DNA of 64,000 nt from Octopus vulgaris (taxonomy: Eukaryota). The notes below the pieces were generated by a model. That model worked only from the letters and a program-made list of their open reading frames with translations, was not told where the DNA came from and ran no database searches. The translations under genes and the position numbers were made by a program. Position 1 is the stretch's first letter; the number at the start of each line of letters is the position of its first letter. The DNA lies in contig OX597822.1 in NCBI GenBank assembly GCA_951406725.2, positions 89,342,001 to 89,406,000 on the forward strand, given 5' to 3'. Of this stretch, positions 48,910 to 62,421 are shown piece after piece.

Positions 48910-49589
48910 ATGTATAAATTTCAGTATTTGTTTTATGAAAAAATAGCTTACAAATATATCCATACAGGAAAGGAGATATAACATTGTCTGATAACCTCCC
49001 AACATTCTTTTATAAATCTTTCTCTTACTGTATACAGTAGTCAGGTGCACTATAAGTCATCAGAAATAGGTAAGAGTCAGAAAATGGCAGCAAGCCATGT
49101 AAAGAAAGAAGGTAAATACTCCCAAGCATATTTGAAGAGTACACACGATAAAAGCTCAGTAAGAGCACAAATATATCCATAGGTGAGAACTTAGCACTGT
49201 GGTCTGTTTACACACAGTCTAGTACAGTTTTACCTGTTAGTTTCTATGAATTATCTCCTGCAAACTCTCAAGTTCACCAAGTTGTATACCACTGTATAGG
49301 CCAATATTTGCATAATCTTGAACACATGAAAATCAGTTATTTTGTGATGATTCTTACTGAGTTAAGAATAAAGGTGAAGAATTCTTCAGTGTACCCATTG
49401 ATGGTCTGAAATAGACCCTGTGGTCTTTTATATTCTAAATATACTCAGAAATGTAGAGGCCAGAATAGGATTATTTCATGATGAGGGTCTAAGTCTTGTA
49501 CATAACAAGACATGGATAGAAATAGAAAAATAAAATCTACTTAAAATATTTAACCAATTAAAACTTAGGACTGGACAACAATGAATATA

Positions 49590-50460
49590 TATCTCAAAAT
49601 TGCTAACTACCTAGATATGGCATTGAATGTGTACACCTGAAAACACTACCCACTCCTTAAATGGAATGAAGAGATTACTTGTACAAACAAGGGCTCCAGC
49701 CACCACTCATTGATTATTAAGCATATCACAAGCAACATAACCAAAAATATCTCTTGTCTGTCTTTAGATAAGAGTATATTTAATATGGCTACCTCCTACT
49801 ATATAAATGTACTAAAGAGATACATTTTGAAATAAGTTATAGAACCATCTCCACTGGAACTAATTGGCTCAAAAATAGGAAATCATGTGATACAATCCTT
49901 TCTTTAGTATGAATGCAGCTACAAATACTTAGTAGACATGCATTTCCTTCCAAACCACAAGTACCAGAAAATCTTCAACATAAACTCTGTTAATGTTAGT
50001 TGTTTAGGCAGTAGATCACACAGTGCAAAAGTCAAAAATAGTGTACCATCATCATAAAAGATCTATATTTGTTGGCACACAGTCAACTCTTTTGGATAAA
50101 AAATGCTTTGAAAAGGAGGTTGTGAATAGAGTTGATGTTTTAGTTAACCAGAAAGAAGGGAAAGGTGTATATCAGCCTCAACAAAAATACATTCAAATCT
50201 TAATACACAGCCCATCTTGTTTAGACAGAGAGAAATTACAGCAATTTTACCTTACTATCAAAATTCACATAGATCTTTAAAAAAAACACAAAATAAGTAA
50301 CCCTTCTCTATTAAATAGAGTATTGTCACAAAGACAAAAAGTACCATGGACAGGTAGTGCAATTTATCCTTGATGAAGAAAAAAAGTTCTAGATACTGTC
50401 TCTATAAATAAATATCTTAAATAAAATGGAAAGGGCCTTCTTTTGTTCACATATAAATAC
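49590..50460 (+). mobile_element. Decayed Penelope-like element (RT C-terminus, linker, endonuclease)
   Basis: Fragmentary NYLD, NKGSSH..LIIKHI, NPFFS.N, LVDMHF and HKYQKIFN.N motifs as in PLE ORFs. Confidence 0.55.
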
Positions 50461-51539
50461 TTCAAATATACAAGCACATTTCTGTCCTGGAAATACTCCA
50501 GTTACAGACTGGTTAGGTAAATTATCCACAACCCTGACATTTAATCTTCAGCTCCAAGAGAAATATACTCACTAAACTCCCTAATAACTTCAACATTTAA
50601 GGGATTACAATGCACCAGTCTCCTCTAACCTCTCTTCTCCCTGGTGTCTCCCTATATTACACCCCAATACCTACAATCACAGGAAAGCCCACCCACTCCA
50701 TACTCTGAATGACCTCAAGTGAACCAGCAACCTGCTATACACTAAAATGCGCTCCCCACTCCCTGCTTCAGCATATGGACACACCTAGTGTCTGTACATG
50801 CTATCATACAGTGAGATAAACTGTCATGAAATTTACAAATATTATAGTGGATTACATCCACCCCAAGATGTCTGTACATTCTGCCAAGACATAAACTCTA
50901 AACAATACTACCTCGTAACAAAATGTAAATGGTTGTAGTCTCCAAGTGTTGAATTACAAGAAAGTGCTTCCACAAATGTTGATCACTGCATAAAAGTAGG
51001 CATTATTTACTTGTTTTTACTAATTCATTTACTTATTCATTCAGTCATACATGTACAGAAACTAAATATATGTGTATGTGAGAGTATGATTATATCCATG
51101 TTTACATTTATGTTGTATATTTATATAAATTTCAAGATATGAACATAGAGCAGATTGAAGTAAATAAACAAGACTTATCTTGAATCGTTTGTTTTGATTT
51201 TTATTTGTTCCATTGAGTGTTATTCCCCCATTACTAACTGTAAAACAGTGTAAGTATATGAGGCCACTAATATTTTGTATCAAATTTGTGCTGCCTTCAC
51301 AGCTGTCATCTCAAGAGATTGCATACTGAATGATTATGACTTTTGTGGTTAATAAAACAAAGCGTATGTGAGTTCTGAGTCTGGCCAACTTCTAATCCTG
51401 AAATTGAGCACTCTTTCATTTTTTAAAAACACCTGCATACATCCATTTATAAATATACAAGTATAGACAAAGATAAATACATGTGTTTGGGGATTCCTCT
51501 AAGATGATGACCTTGTTCTTATCGTTGAATGACTACCAG

Positions 51540-52547
51540 AACTAGAGAAGAGATTTCATGGGTGGAATCAAAGAACCTGAGAGTTAATTTAGCAAAAGCC
51601 AAAGCCTTAGTAAGTACAAAAACAGACATCACAAATCCCTTCAGGGAGATGGCCTTGCACTATATGCAGAAAAAGTGTTTGTAGAAACTCTACGTAGGGT
51701 ACCCAATGCAAACTATAGACACACAAGAGGTGCAGCAGTATCAAATGAAGGTTAACAGAGAAAGTAATCTTAGTGTGTGGCAGATGTGCAGGTACAATAA
51801 ACACTTGCAATGTACAGAAAATAGACTTTGTAAAATGCCAGGCAGGGGTATACTTAGAAGTAGCAGATAGCCTCTGTTACTTAGGTGAACAAGCTAGCAG
51901 TAGAGGAGGATGCTCTCAGAACATAGATGCTGGTAACTAAGGGCCTCTCCATCTGAGTGAAATGCAGATTGCATGATCCATGTGTGTAAACAGCCATGCT
52001 ACATGACAGTGAAACATGGGCTGTAACTGCAAAGGTTTGAAAGAAATGAAGTTAGGATGCTTCATTGGATGTGCAATGTCAGTGTATGACAGAATGTAAG
52101 CATCTCAAGAGGTAAATTGAGTATAAGTGGCATCAGATGCAGTGTGCAAGAGAGAAGACTGCAATGATATGATCGTGTGATGTGTATCAACAAGGACAGC
52201 TGCATAAAGAAGTGCCAATCTTTAATTGTGGAAGAGATAGTTCCAGGAAGATGTGGGATGAGGTGGTGAAATATGAGCTTCAGTTGTTGAATCTTATGGA
52301 GACAGTGAGAAGTGATCAAGACTTCTGGCAATTTGCTGTGCTTGAGAAGACACATCAAGCTAAGTGGAATCATAGTTGTGACCAATGCTGGTGACACGTA
52401 AAGGGCACCTGTGCCAGTGACATGCGAAAGACACCCATGCCTTTTTCTTTCGTTTGTCCATTCATTTGTGACTAGAGCCATCTCCAGTTAAACTGCCTGA
52501 CCCATACCAGCATGGAAAATAGACGTTAAATGATAATGATGATGATG
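51540..52547 (+). mobile_element. RTE LINE 3' part
   Basis: GRWPC.ICRK, CYLG and WQFAVLEKT remnants, then the conserved tail and (GAT)n end. Confidence 0.82.
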
Positions 52548-53416
52548 TTTGAAATTTCCCTTTGCTAAACACTTTATATCTCTCTCTTTCTCTCTACTTC
52601 TTACTTTTTAATCATGTCTTTCCCCTTTTCACATCATTATCATTTCTTTCTCTTCACCTTTCACGTCCACTAACCACATGGCAGCTTAATGAATTGGCTG
52701 GCAATAATGTCACTACTCCCACCACCCACACTTCTTTATTTGCCTTTCTTTAACTTCACCACCTGAACATCACCCCTCTGCTAAATATTCTATTTCTAAC
52801 TCTCTTTCTCTATATCACTATCTTCAATTAACTTTTTAAAATTCTCTCTCTCCCTCTTTGCCTTTCCCTTCAACTAATTACATGACATCATAACACATTT
52901 TGGCCTTAGCATATTAATATATAGATTTTTGGTTCCCAATTCTGCACCCTTTTCCCTCTGACGATGGCTGATACAAAAGTTGACCAAGCAAGGCTGCACT
53001 GTCTTTCAATAATCAGTTCAGCTAGATCAAGATGAACAATACAAAATACTAATAGTGTCAAATAAAACAACACAATAGAATTCTTCAGTGGTTGGCAAAC
53101 TATGACTAAAATATCTTTTTTCAAAGTTGTTAAATGTTTTTACTTCTGTAATGAAATAAATATCACTTATTGACTATAGCAATTTTAAAATAATTTCATT
53201 CTAATATAATTATTTGGAGGAACTGGACCACAGATAGTGAAGTTCTTGCCATTGTCAGCAACTCACTTTACCTAGGTACCAGTTGATACCTGTGAGGGTG
53301 CTTGGCCGTTACAGTGTCTTAGTCTTGCTATTGCTCATGGCATTACCATGTGCATGTTTGTGGGCTTCAATAAGTTCTGTTGAACCTTATGATGTGTGAC
53401 CAATTGATGCACTTAA

Positions 53417-56386
53417 CCCATTCATGCCGAAATTTTTCTAGTGATCAAAATTGCCTGAAAATTCACAGATACTATCATTTTGACCTAAATAATAACTGAA
53501 AAAAAATCATTGAAATCTGTTTCATATTTCCTGAAATAATCAGTCAGTTATAACAGACGTTAGGCACTGTACATATGAATCTTTAATAAGCTTGTTAACT
53601 TATTTATTTATTTAGAGGCTAATAAAAGTATTATATCTGACCATAACTTTATTATGAGAATAATTCCTGTTCACATAAATAAGATATCAATGAAAACTGA
53701 AAATTTATTTCGTAAAATATATCGTTTTGAAATGAAACTATACAGCTTTACTGAACAAGATACTTCTTGAAACATTTGGGATGATATCCTACATCACATT
53801 TTTCACATATGAAATGACTTTTCCCAGAGCACTCTTTGTATCTTCTTTCATTTGGAATATATTCAATCCAATGCATATCTTGCATTGTCTTTCAAATGAG
53901 CAGATGTACAAAATCTTTGAAACTTTGGAGTGCCATACTTTTTCAATAGAATTAGAGAAATGTTTTCAATGAAATTGTATAATGTAATTTGTGCCCTGCT
54001 CTGTTCATCGAGATGCAAGCATTTTGGGTTACTACAGAAACAAAATATGAAAAAATAGGCCACCATCATTTATTTTGCTGCATTCAAATCCTATAGGAAC
54101 TGATGTTATGATCCAGAAGGTCAAGAAATCCCATATATTTGTTGTAATTTTGGATGCTTTCAGGCTGTAGAATTGAAACATATTTCTTTTGATTCCTACC
54201 ATACTTAGCACTCAACAGTGGACATTTTATAGGATTCACAGTTTGATAGCAGAACAACATCGTTATTATCTTTCCATTTCAGAGCGACTATATTTGAAGT
54301 GGATTTGAAGTCAGCTGTTCCTCTAGGGCATGCTTTCATTTCAGTTTGCATCTTGAAAGGACATCTAGCCATCCTATTTTCTCTGCAGATTCCCAATGCA
54401 CATATTCCTTTCTCAAAAAGTTACTCCATCAACTGAATACTTGTGAAATAGTCATCAAAAAATATTTTGAAACCTTTATTGTCTGGTACTCCTACAGCAT
54501 CAGTGAGATCAAGGACAATGTCCCCACCTAGGCCAAATGCATTTTCGGTTTTATTGGGACCATCTTTCTTGCCAGTGTAGAGGTCAAAAGCATGCATATA
54601 TCCATGCTGAGAACAAAGAGCCCAAACTTTGAAACTAAACCAAATTGGTTTCTCTTTTATAAATTGTTTAGCACAGTGCTTGTCTTAACATGGAATCATA
54701 CTTTTGTCAACAGAGAGATGTTCTCCCAAGCCACCATGTTCCTTAGATTTTTTTGTAAGTGGTCATGTAGAGATCTGAGTTTGAATGCATGATCAACTCT
54801 TGAAGCATTGGCGTTATCCACTAAATGGATATTTCTCAATATATTCTCAAATTCGTCTCACCTCATGCTATTTTATAAAATTTTTTGAACATTGTTTTCA
54901 GACAACCAATATCTTCTTTTATTAGGGAGTAGACAGTGAGCTGACAGAAGCAATCCACCAAAGAATGCATACAGCTCCATACATTCAGAACTTTACATTT
55001 TTGAACAGCATATTAGTTTGTTTGTTCTACAATGTCATCCAGTAATTCATCTGTGAAGAACAAACTAAAGAAATCTACTGGATTTGGGCAAGATTTTGCT
55101 TCCTCGGATATATCTAGAGGCTCACATGAAGTTGAAACACGATTCACTGCTTCATTTTACTCCCAATTTCTTGTTTTACTGAATTTAGTTTGTTTTAGAT
55201 TTCCTGCAACTTCTTCAATTTCTTCAGGCATGTCCTGTTGACAAGAAATTTGTGTCCGTTTCCAAAAGCCCTTTTTTCAGTTGAACCGAGGAACCTACAG
55301 CTTCATTATCTGAAGCATCACTGTCACTGTCGAAGAGTTCTATATTGTGAGGGAGACCCTTGTGAACATCGCCTCCATTGCCCAGCTTTTCCAATAATGC
55401 TAGGGCTTCTACTGTTGTAAGACTGAAAGAAAAAATTACAATGATATAGAGATGTGTGGACACAAAATTTATTGTAAATAAAAACCAGAAACTATTTTAT
55501 CATCATCATCATCATTTAATGTCTGCTTTCCATGCTAGCATGGGTTGGACATTTTGACTGAGGACTGGCAAACCAGATGGCTGCACCAGGCTCCAATCTG
55601 ATCTGGCAAAGTTTCTACAGCTGGATGCCCTTCCTAACGCCAACCACTCTGAGAGTGTAGTGGGTGCTTTTACATGCCACCGGCATGAGGACCAGTCTGG
55701 CGGTACTGGCAACGGCCATGCTGAAATGGTGTTTTTTACGTGCCACCTGCACAAGAGTCAGTCCAGCAGCACTGACAATGACCTCGCTTGAATGTTTTGT
55801 TTACGTGCCACCGACAAAAGTGCCAGTAGGGTGACGCAGGTAACGATCACACTCAAATGGTGCTTTTTATGTGCCACCAGCACGGAAGCCAGACAGCTGC
55901 TCTGGCAGTGATCCCACTCGGATGGAGCTATTAGTGCTCCACTGGCACAGGTGCCAGCCATCGAATATGGTTCAGTTTTGATTTTATATATATATCGGCT
56001 ATTTATAACACGAAGCTATATCAACACGCATAAAATATTAGGTGTGTTGTTTTATGTCTAAGTTGCCGGTGTCCATTATAACAGACAGGGTGTTATATTT
56101 TATTTTGTTTACAACATAAATCTCAAATGGTAACAAATAATATTAGTCATCTCACCTATGATCATAAAAAAACCACATAAGAAATCACAATAATTCCTAC
56201 AGAATTGCTCGCCATGTTGCACAACTATGGTTGTTACAAGTTATGGTGCAAGCATTTGTTCAGACTGCATATGCATTAAGAACATGTATCATTCTTTGAT
56301 ACAGATCATACACAAATGATAATTTGTATCAAGTATTTGTTTTATACCCTTATAAATTAAGTGTCAGTTTAAATGGACAATCGGCA
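53417..56386 (-). mobile_element. Defective piggyBac element
   Basis: TTAA|CCCATTCATGCCG terminus at 53417 and only a partial CGGCAT match at the other end. Broken transposase motifs KPIWFSFK (KPIRFG-like), WKDNNDVVLLSN and a C-terminal Cys-rich region. Confidence 0.8.
55498..55985 (-). mobile_element. RTE 3' UTR insertion inside the piggyBac
   Basis: (CAT)n, conserved tail, repeated TTTTACGTGCCACC units. Confidence 0.85.
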
Positions 56387-57379
56387 TACCTCACTCATGA
56401 TTATATTTCCTTCAGTTTTGGATTTATATTTCAATGTGGAATATTTATGTAAGATTGATAGAAATAAAGTATCACTAAAGTGGAATAAAAAAATTATAAC
56501 ACACAAAGATATATCTACAAACAAGTGTATGTCTACTTAATTCTTTTCAACTGTAAACAGTGAATCAGAGTGTTATACCTTTTACTAAACTACAAAAATA
56601 TCATTTGATTGGGATTGACAAGGGTTTTATCCATGTAAATTTCAGATGTCTACATTCTTATATCTTCTATCATCTTTAATCATAGCTTCGTATTTTGTCA
56701 ATGAAATATGAAACGTGTCTTTAGTGTTATTGGGTGCCATTTCTTGCAGGGTGAGCAATTGCATACAGCTTCCCCATTCCTGCACTAATTGCTACACCCA
56801 ATCCTTCTTTCCCAAATCACAGGCCTTTCTCATTTCCTTCCTACAGGTGTTGTATTTGAATAACTGTTTAATATTTTGAATATTTTATGAGATAATGTGA
56901 TTATCTCCATTAATTCGTCTATCTATTTCTCTGCTAATAGGATGCCAATTCTACTCATACCATTGCTATTTATCCACCCCTAAAGAGTGGAGGGACAGGC
57001 AAATTTAACTTCTTTTTTTTTCTGAAATAACAAAAGTTTGTACAGTTGCTTCCCATAGAACCAGGTGTGTTCCATTTGACTTGCATTGAACTTCCTCACT
57101 CTTCACCAAATAATTATAAATAGTAACATTGGGTGTGCCTTACCTTTACAAGAGTTATGAACAAGGAGACATAAATACATATACTCCAAGTTATGCACAC
57201 ACAAACAGAGATATGCATATATGTTTATACACACATGTGAGAATTGGTAACAAGTAGAGTATTTGGCTGTAGAAAGTCCTATCCAACCCATGCAAGCATA
57301 GAAAAGTGTAAGTTAAATGATGATGATGATGATGATAAAATTTCTCAGCAGTTCATCCACAATTTCAAAGAAACAATTT

Positions 57380-59000
57380 CCTCCTTCCTTGTCATAGGAA
57401 TGAACCTCCTAATAGTATCCGCTGATAAAGAAGTTCAAAGACCAATAATGGCATCAAGTAGCCAACAGTGTCCTATAAGGCATTTCATGGACGATCATAC
57501 AGTGACAGCCACAACCCATATGGGGTTGAAACAGGTGCTGACTTTACTTGAATGAAGTTTAAGCACAAGAAGTTTAGGAGTATGTTGATCAGGGGAGCCA
57601 AAATAAACAGGATTAAACTGCAAGATAGACGAATTAATGGAGATAATCACATTATCCAATCAAATACCTTGCAAAGTGGTTTGACAATTCAATCTCCAAC
57701 AGAAGCAATGTCACAAACACTGAGAAGCAGACAGAGAACTAGCTGAGGATTAAAACATCAGGCTTCCAAGAAAATACAAGGCATGGATTGCTCCCAAGTG
57801 TATGAGGTTCCAATGATAAGAGTAGAAAGAGTGGAGAGGAACATGAACAAGTACCTCTGAAGGTGGATGGGTATCCCTCCATGATCTGGACAGCTCCAAA
57901 TTCCTCTGCCATCCATAGACAAAGAATTCAAGATTATGAAGTGAAGAGATGTAATGATGTATAGGGACATCCAGAATAAGTGTGTCAGACATACAGATAT
58001 CACAACAAGGCCAAAGCAAAAGTACCAAACCAGTACCACAGTCGTAAAGGCTGAAAGATTGCTGAAGTTAAACAATATTATTGGGAATTATGTGCACAGA
58101 GTGGCAGGGTCATGGTTCTTCCCATTTACAACAACAGAAGAAGGCAGATATCAAGGAAAGAAGGGCTATGATCCAGGCAGAAGTACAGGACCAAGAAGAA
58201 AGGTCCAGAGCTGAGGAGATTGTACCTCAGGATACCTTGACTTCCCAAAAGGAATGTCACAGGGACAGACCTGTGGAGACTGGAATCTTTCCAAATTTCC
58301 TTCCTGCTGTGAGTGGTGTTTGGCAAACTCCCAACACCAATAAACCTGCATTGATAGGGTATGAAAGGGAGTCAGCTGTGAAGACTTTGTGGTGCAGGTA
58401 GTACTAAGGCACATATCACTTCAGGGTGCAAAAAGAAGATACAAGTGACGCTATGACAATGTGCTTGGAACTCTTGCTCAAATTGTGGAACAGGAAAGAC
58501 TCAAACATGAACATCAGGAGAGAACAACACCACAGTCAAGTACATGAAGAAAGGAGAAAAGCCAGCAAAGACAGCAAGAAAAGACAAGAAGTCTACTACA
58601 TGGGTCCCAAGTACAAAATATGAAATTTGAGCTGAGAGAAAGATTACAGTTTCTCTGTGCTGTCTGAACAACCCTGAGTCCAGATATAGTTTGTGGTCAG
58701 AAAAGATACTGAAAATAACTTGAACCAGTCTATAGTCCTGCATTCAAAAGGGTGCAATGAAGCCTTTGAATGGAAGTGTGCCAAAACCAGAGGCTTCTGC
58801 AAGATTACAGGGAGAAGGATGGCAGCTATGGCCATTTACATTTCACGTTGGCCATAGGAGATTCCCCACTCAATAAGTATGCAAGATGCTTACGACCATT
58901 GGAATAAGAGAAAAAGAGTGAAAGGTGTCTGTGCACAGGATGGGGGAGGCCATAGAAAGAGCCTCTTTCTGTTTATGGAGCAAGGGAGAGAAGTTATCCT
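57380..59000 (+). mobile_element. Decayed R2-group (Hero-like) non-LTR retrotransposon with restriction-like endonuclease
   Basis: FMDDHTV, MKFKHKKFRSM, YLAKWF-like, WMGIP, PDIV.W and GW.L motifs across frameshifts. Confidence 0.65.
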
Positions 59001-59496
59001 GCAAGCCAGGTGTTGAGCAGGGATTTGCCCACCTCTTCTGACCTACCAATGGGAGGGTGTTATGATTGAGGGTTAGAACAGCCAATGACAATTGAATGCT
59101 ATACGATGACATCAGTTCCTCCTGGTCAAAACTGCATTCAACAAAGGTGAATAGAAAAGAAGCATCTTCTTTTAGATGTTAACATTAACATTCCTTCTAG
59201 AAATCTGAGTTAATATACACAAGTCCTCACAAATAAAGTTTTTTATTGAAAATATTACAGTTGTGAGACATTTCACCAAAACACATATAATTGAGCACTA
59301 TATATATACTGTTCAGAGGGGTTGTTATCCCACACATCTTATTTCTTCTGTCAATACATTTATTGTTATATATCTATCTATCTATCTATATATATATATA
59401 CCAGAGTAAACACATAAATGTGAAACAAGGTGGAAAAAAGAGTACTCAGATACCTGGGGTAGAGTAATATGCTTTATTTAAAAGCAGCAGAAATTC

Positions 59497-59549
59497 AACA
59501 AAACCTGTCACTCAGAGTTTCACGTTCCTGTTCGTCGGACAGTTTTGTT
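59497..59549 (-). ncRNA. Type I hammerhead-ribozyme-like motif downstream of the Penelope-like endonuclease remnant
   Basis: Minus strand AACAAAACTGT-CCGACGA-ACAGGAACGT-GAAA-CTCTGAG-TG-ACAGGTTTTGTT. 11-bp stem I with a 1-nt bulge, U4C core variant, GUG triplet. Confidence 0.7.
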
Positions 59550-60741
59550 AAAATAGAACCGATATGACAATTCTATCAAGACTAGTATAAACGTTACACC
59601 TTTAAAAATGGACTTGTTTGATTGGTCCTTTCAAATAACGGTCATATGTGAGCGATAAACAAAAATGAGTTCAATATAAAATATAAAATTATAAAAGTCG
59701 AGGAAAAACCTTTAATCGAATCTTTGGTTAAAATACATATTGTCATTAATAAAGAAAATATAATTAATACATAGAAATTGAAATTAAAATATTAAAATAT
59801 ATTAAAATATTTCGCAACAGTACATACTCATACTAAACTATTAATATACATATATACATCAACATACACAAATAGATGTGCGCAGACCACATACATATAC
59901 AGACATATAAATGCAAAACGAAAATATACACACAAATGCATGTACACGTACGTATACGCAATCTAGCTCGCATGCAAAAATCACTTGTATCCATATAGAC
60001 TATAAGCAAAATTCATGGATGGGGAAGGGGCACTCTTGTTTGCAACAGAAAGCTAAAGACGTAAGTAAGGGAAGGGGAGGGGGGACGTAAAGTTACAGGG
60101 CTCTATACAAGTAACGAATAGGGAGAGAAAAAACGAAAGAAAGGAAGAGAGAGAAAAAAGAAAAAGAGAAAAGGAAAGAAGAAAAAATAATAACATTCTG
60201 ACTATATGCAACGAATGTTTGTATACAAGTTACGTAAACAGTAAATACACATATACGGACACATATATAGAGACAAGTACGCAAATACACAAGTCCAAGT
60301 GGATACATGCATACACATACATTCATGTATGTATGTGCTTAAGTACAAACATATGCTCACTTACACATATACAAAGACGTATGCTTATAAATACATATTC
60401 ATGCCAATACACATATTCACATAAAAATGCCTAGGATCTGACAACATTATTATTTAAAATTGCTGAGTGCATAATAATAAAAATTTAGACGAAAGACATG
60501 CAAAATATAACACCCTATATTGGATTATCTATAAATTAAATTACCAAAGTGAGCCTATACAATATAATAAAATGAAATAAACTAAGTTGAAGGTTTTTCC
60601 TAAGGAATATGTCGAAATATGAACAAAATATATGTACAAGACTTTGCTATGCAGAATGAAACCTACATAGCGCGAAACAAATCCATCGGTGTGATTAAAG
60701 ACTAGTCCAAGAATCAAAAATTCAAAAAGACAAAATATATG

Positions 60742-61165
60742 CTATCCATACGGGATATTTATGTTCGACATTTTGAATTTGGTTGCGTGCCTGCATGAGT
60801 CCAAAAGTTCGCTTCTTTGATTCAAAGAATTATTGTCTTTGAATAAAATGAAATATTTCTCTAACAAACAGAGATTGCATTTAAAATTTTTCTTGTGTGC
60901 CCCGTATCTGTATGGTGCCGCTCTATCTAGAATGCTCCATGACATGTTGAAAGGTCAGGCTTCTTTTTCTTTTAGTTCCCAGACATATTTTGCCAGGCTG
61001 GTCTTCTTCCGAAGCCCCTGTATAAGTCTTATATTCAGATGAGCCTTCTATTTGCACCTTGGCTCTATAAACGACTCCTTTTACCAAACATTTCCCTTCC
61101 AATGGACAGGAGGATTCATCTTTACAATTGCATTTTTTAAGAGGATCGGCACTATGCTTAATATC
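60742..61165 (-). mobile_element. Penelope-like element GIY-YIG endonuclease remnant
   Basis: KKCNCKDESSCPLEGKCLVKGVVYRAKV linker, then a deletion, then WSILDRA.PY...CNLCLLEKYFI...LNQRSEL..SCRHATKF. Confidence 0.8.
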
Positions 61166-61174
61166 AATTAAATT

Positions 61175-61176
<2 letters not shown>

Positions 61177-61211
<35 letters not shown>
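61177..61211. repeat. (TA)n microsatellite
   Basis: Directly visible. Confidence 0.95.
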
Positions 61212-61213
<2 letters not shown>

Positions 61214-61246
61214 CAGAGAATGACTTGACTTTTGACATGGATAATT

Positions 61247-61564
61247 TTAGTCTTTTGTAGGATTACATTTGTGTTTAACAAAGGAACTTTTTTTAGAATA
61301 TGCTTTTCCACAGATATTACAGTGATATGGCTTCTCTCTGGTAGAAGTTAGCTGACATGACCGGGGTTCATCTGTGACCTCAAAATTACCAGTTTGAAAC
61401 TTTGACACCCAAATTTTCACTGTGGAGTAAGATGGGCAGCCATCCTTCAAGACTTTTTTCATCTCACCATGGATTTCTGCTGCTCCTTTGCCTTGCAAAA
61501 AGAGGAACTTTGTGATTGCTGGTGCTTCAATTTTACTAAAATCCACAGTGGGAGCTGCCATCAT
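61247..61564 (-). CDS. Chimeric ORF: mariner transposase HTH fused to a C2H2-like finger (105 aa)
   Basis: AITKFLFLQGKGAAEIH..M..V....CPSYSTVKIWVSKFQTG....TDEPRS joined in frame to REKPYHCNICGKAYSKKSSFVKH. Expression unknown. Confidence 0.4.
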   Translation of the reverse strand: MMAAPTVDFSKIEAPAITKFLFLQGKGAAEIHGEMKKVLKDGCPSYSTVKIWVSKFQTGNFEVTDEPRSCQLTSTREKPYHCNICGKAYSKKSSFVKHKCNPTKD

Positions 61565-61715
61565 GTGTTAAATCTGCAAAAAAGAGAAAGATATATTGTA
61601 TACCATCGTAATATTTTGCATATCTCTTAAATAGTTGTCCTACCTCCCTTGTAAAGGTAACAGCTCTACTCTTTTGCAATATCCTTAAAGCCAGGAACTT
61701 TTCAGCACCCCCTCG
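61341..61715 (-). mobile_element. 5' end of a mariner element inserted in a ZNF array
   Basis: TA|CGAGGGGGTGCTGAAAAGTTCCTGG TIR-like start at 61715, a candidate 70-nt GT-AG intron (61574-61643), and the HTH coding start. Confidence 0.8.
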
Positions 61716-61717
61716 TA

Positions 61718-62415
61718 TGTAAAAGGTTTATGTTTAGTTAATTTAGCATTTTCAAGAATAATTTATCAACGCATTGCAACTATATAACTTCTCTCCTGTA
61801 TGTAAACATTTATGCTTAGTTAAGTTACCACTTGCAGAGAATGATTTACAACAGATATCACAGTGAAAAGGCTTTTCTCTTGTGTGCATGCATTTATATC
61901 TAGTTAAAGCACTTCCTCCAGAAATTTGAGGGAATGATTTACCACAGATATCACAGTGATATGGCTTTATTCCTGTGTGTATATGCTCCTGTTTTTGTTA
62001 AGGTACAATTTACAGTGAATGATTTCTTACATATATAGCATTGATATGGTTTTTCTCCTGTATGAATGCATCTATGGTTTCTTACTTGGATAGAGAGAGA
62101 AAATGATTTACCACAGATATAACAGTGATAAAGCTTCTCTCTTGTATGAATGTGTTAGTACTTAATTAAAGAGTCATTTTAAGAGAATGATTTATCACTG
62201 ATATTACAGCTATAGGGCCTCTGTCTTTTATGAATACGTTGGTGGTTAGTAAAAGAAGTTTCATAAGAGAATCATTTGCCACAGATAACACAGTAATATG
62301 GCTTTTCTCCTGTATGAATTCATTTACGACAAACTAAGTAAGAGCTTCAAGAGAAAGATTTACCACACTGATATGGTTTCTTTCCTGTATGAATACATTT
62401 GTGTTTAGTTAAATC
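61718..62415 (-). pseudogene. Decayed C2H2 zinc-finger array (about 8 fingers)
   Basis: Repeated ATTCATACAGGAGAAAAGCCATATCACTGTGATATCTGTGGTAAATC-like units with frameshifts and stops. Cut by a mariner on one side and an RTE on the other. Confidence 0.85.
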
Positions 62416-62421
62416 GGGAGA

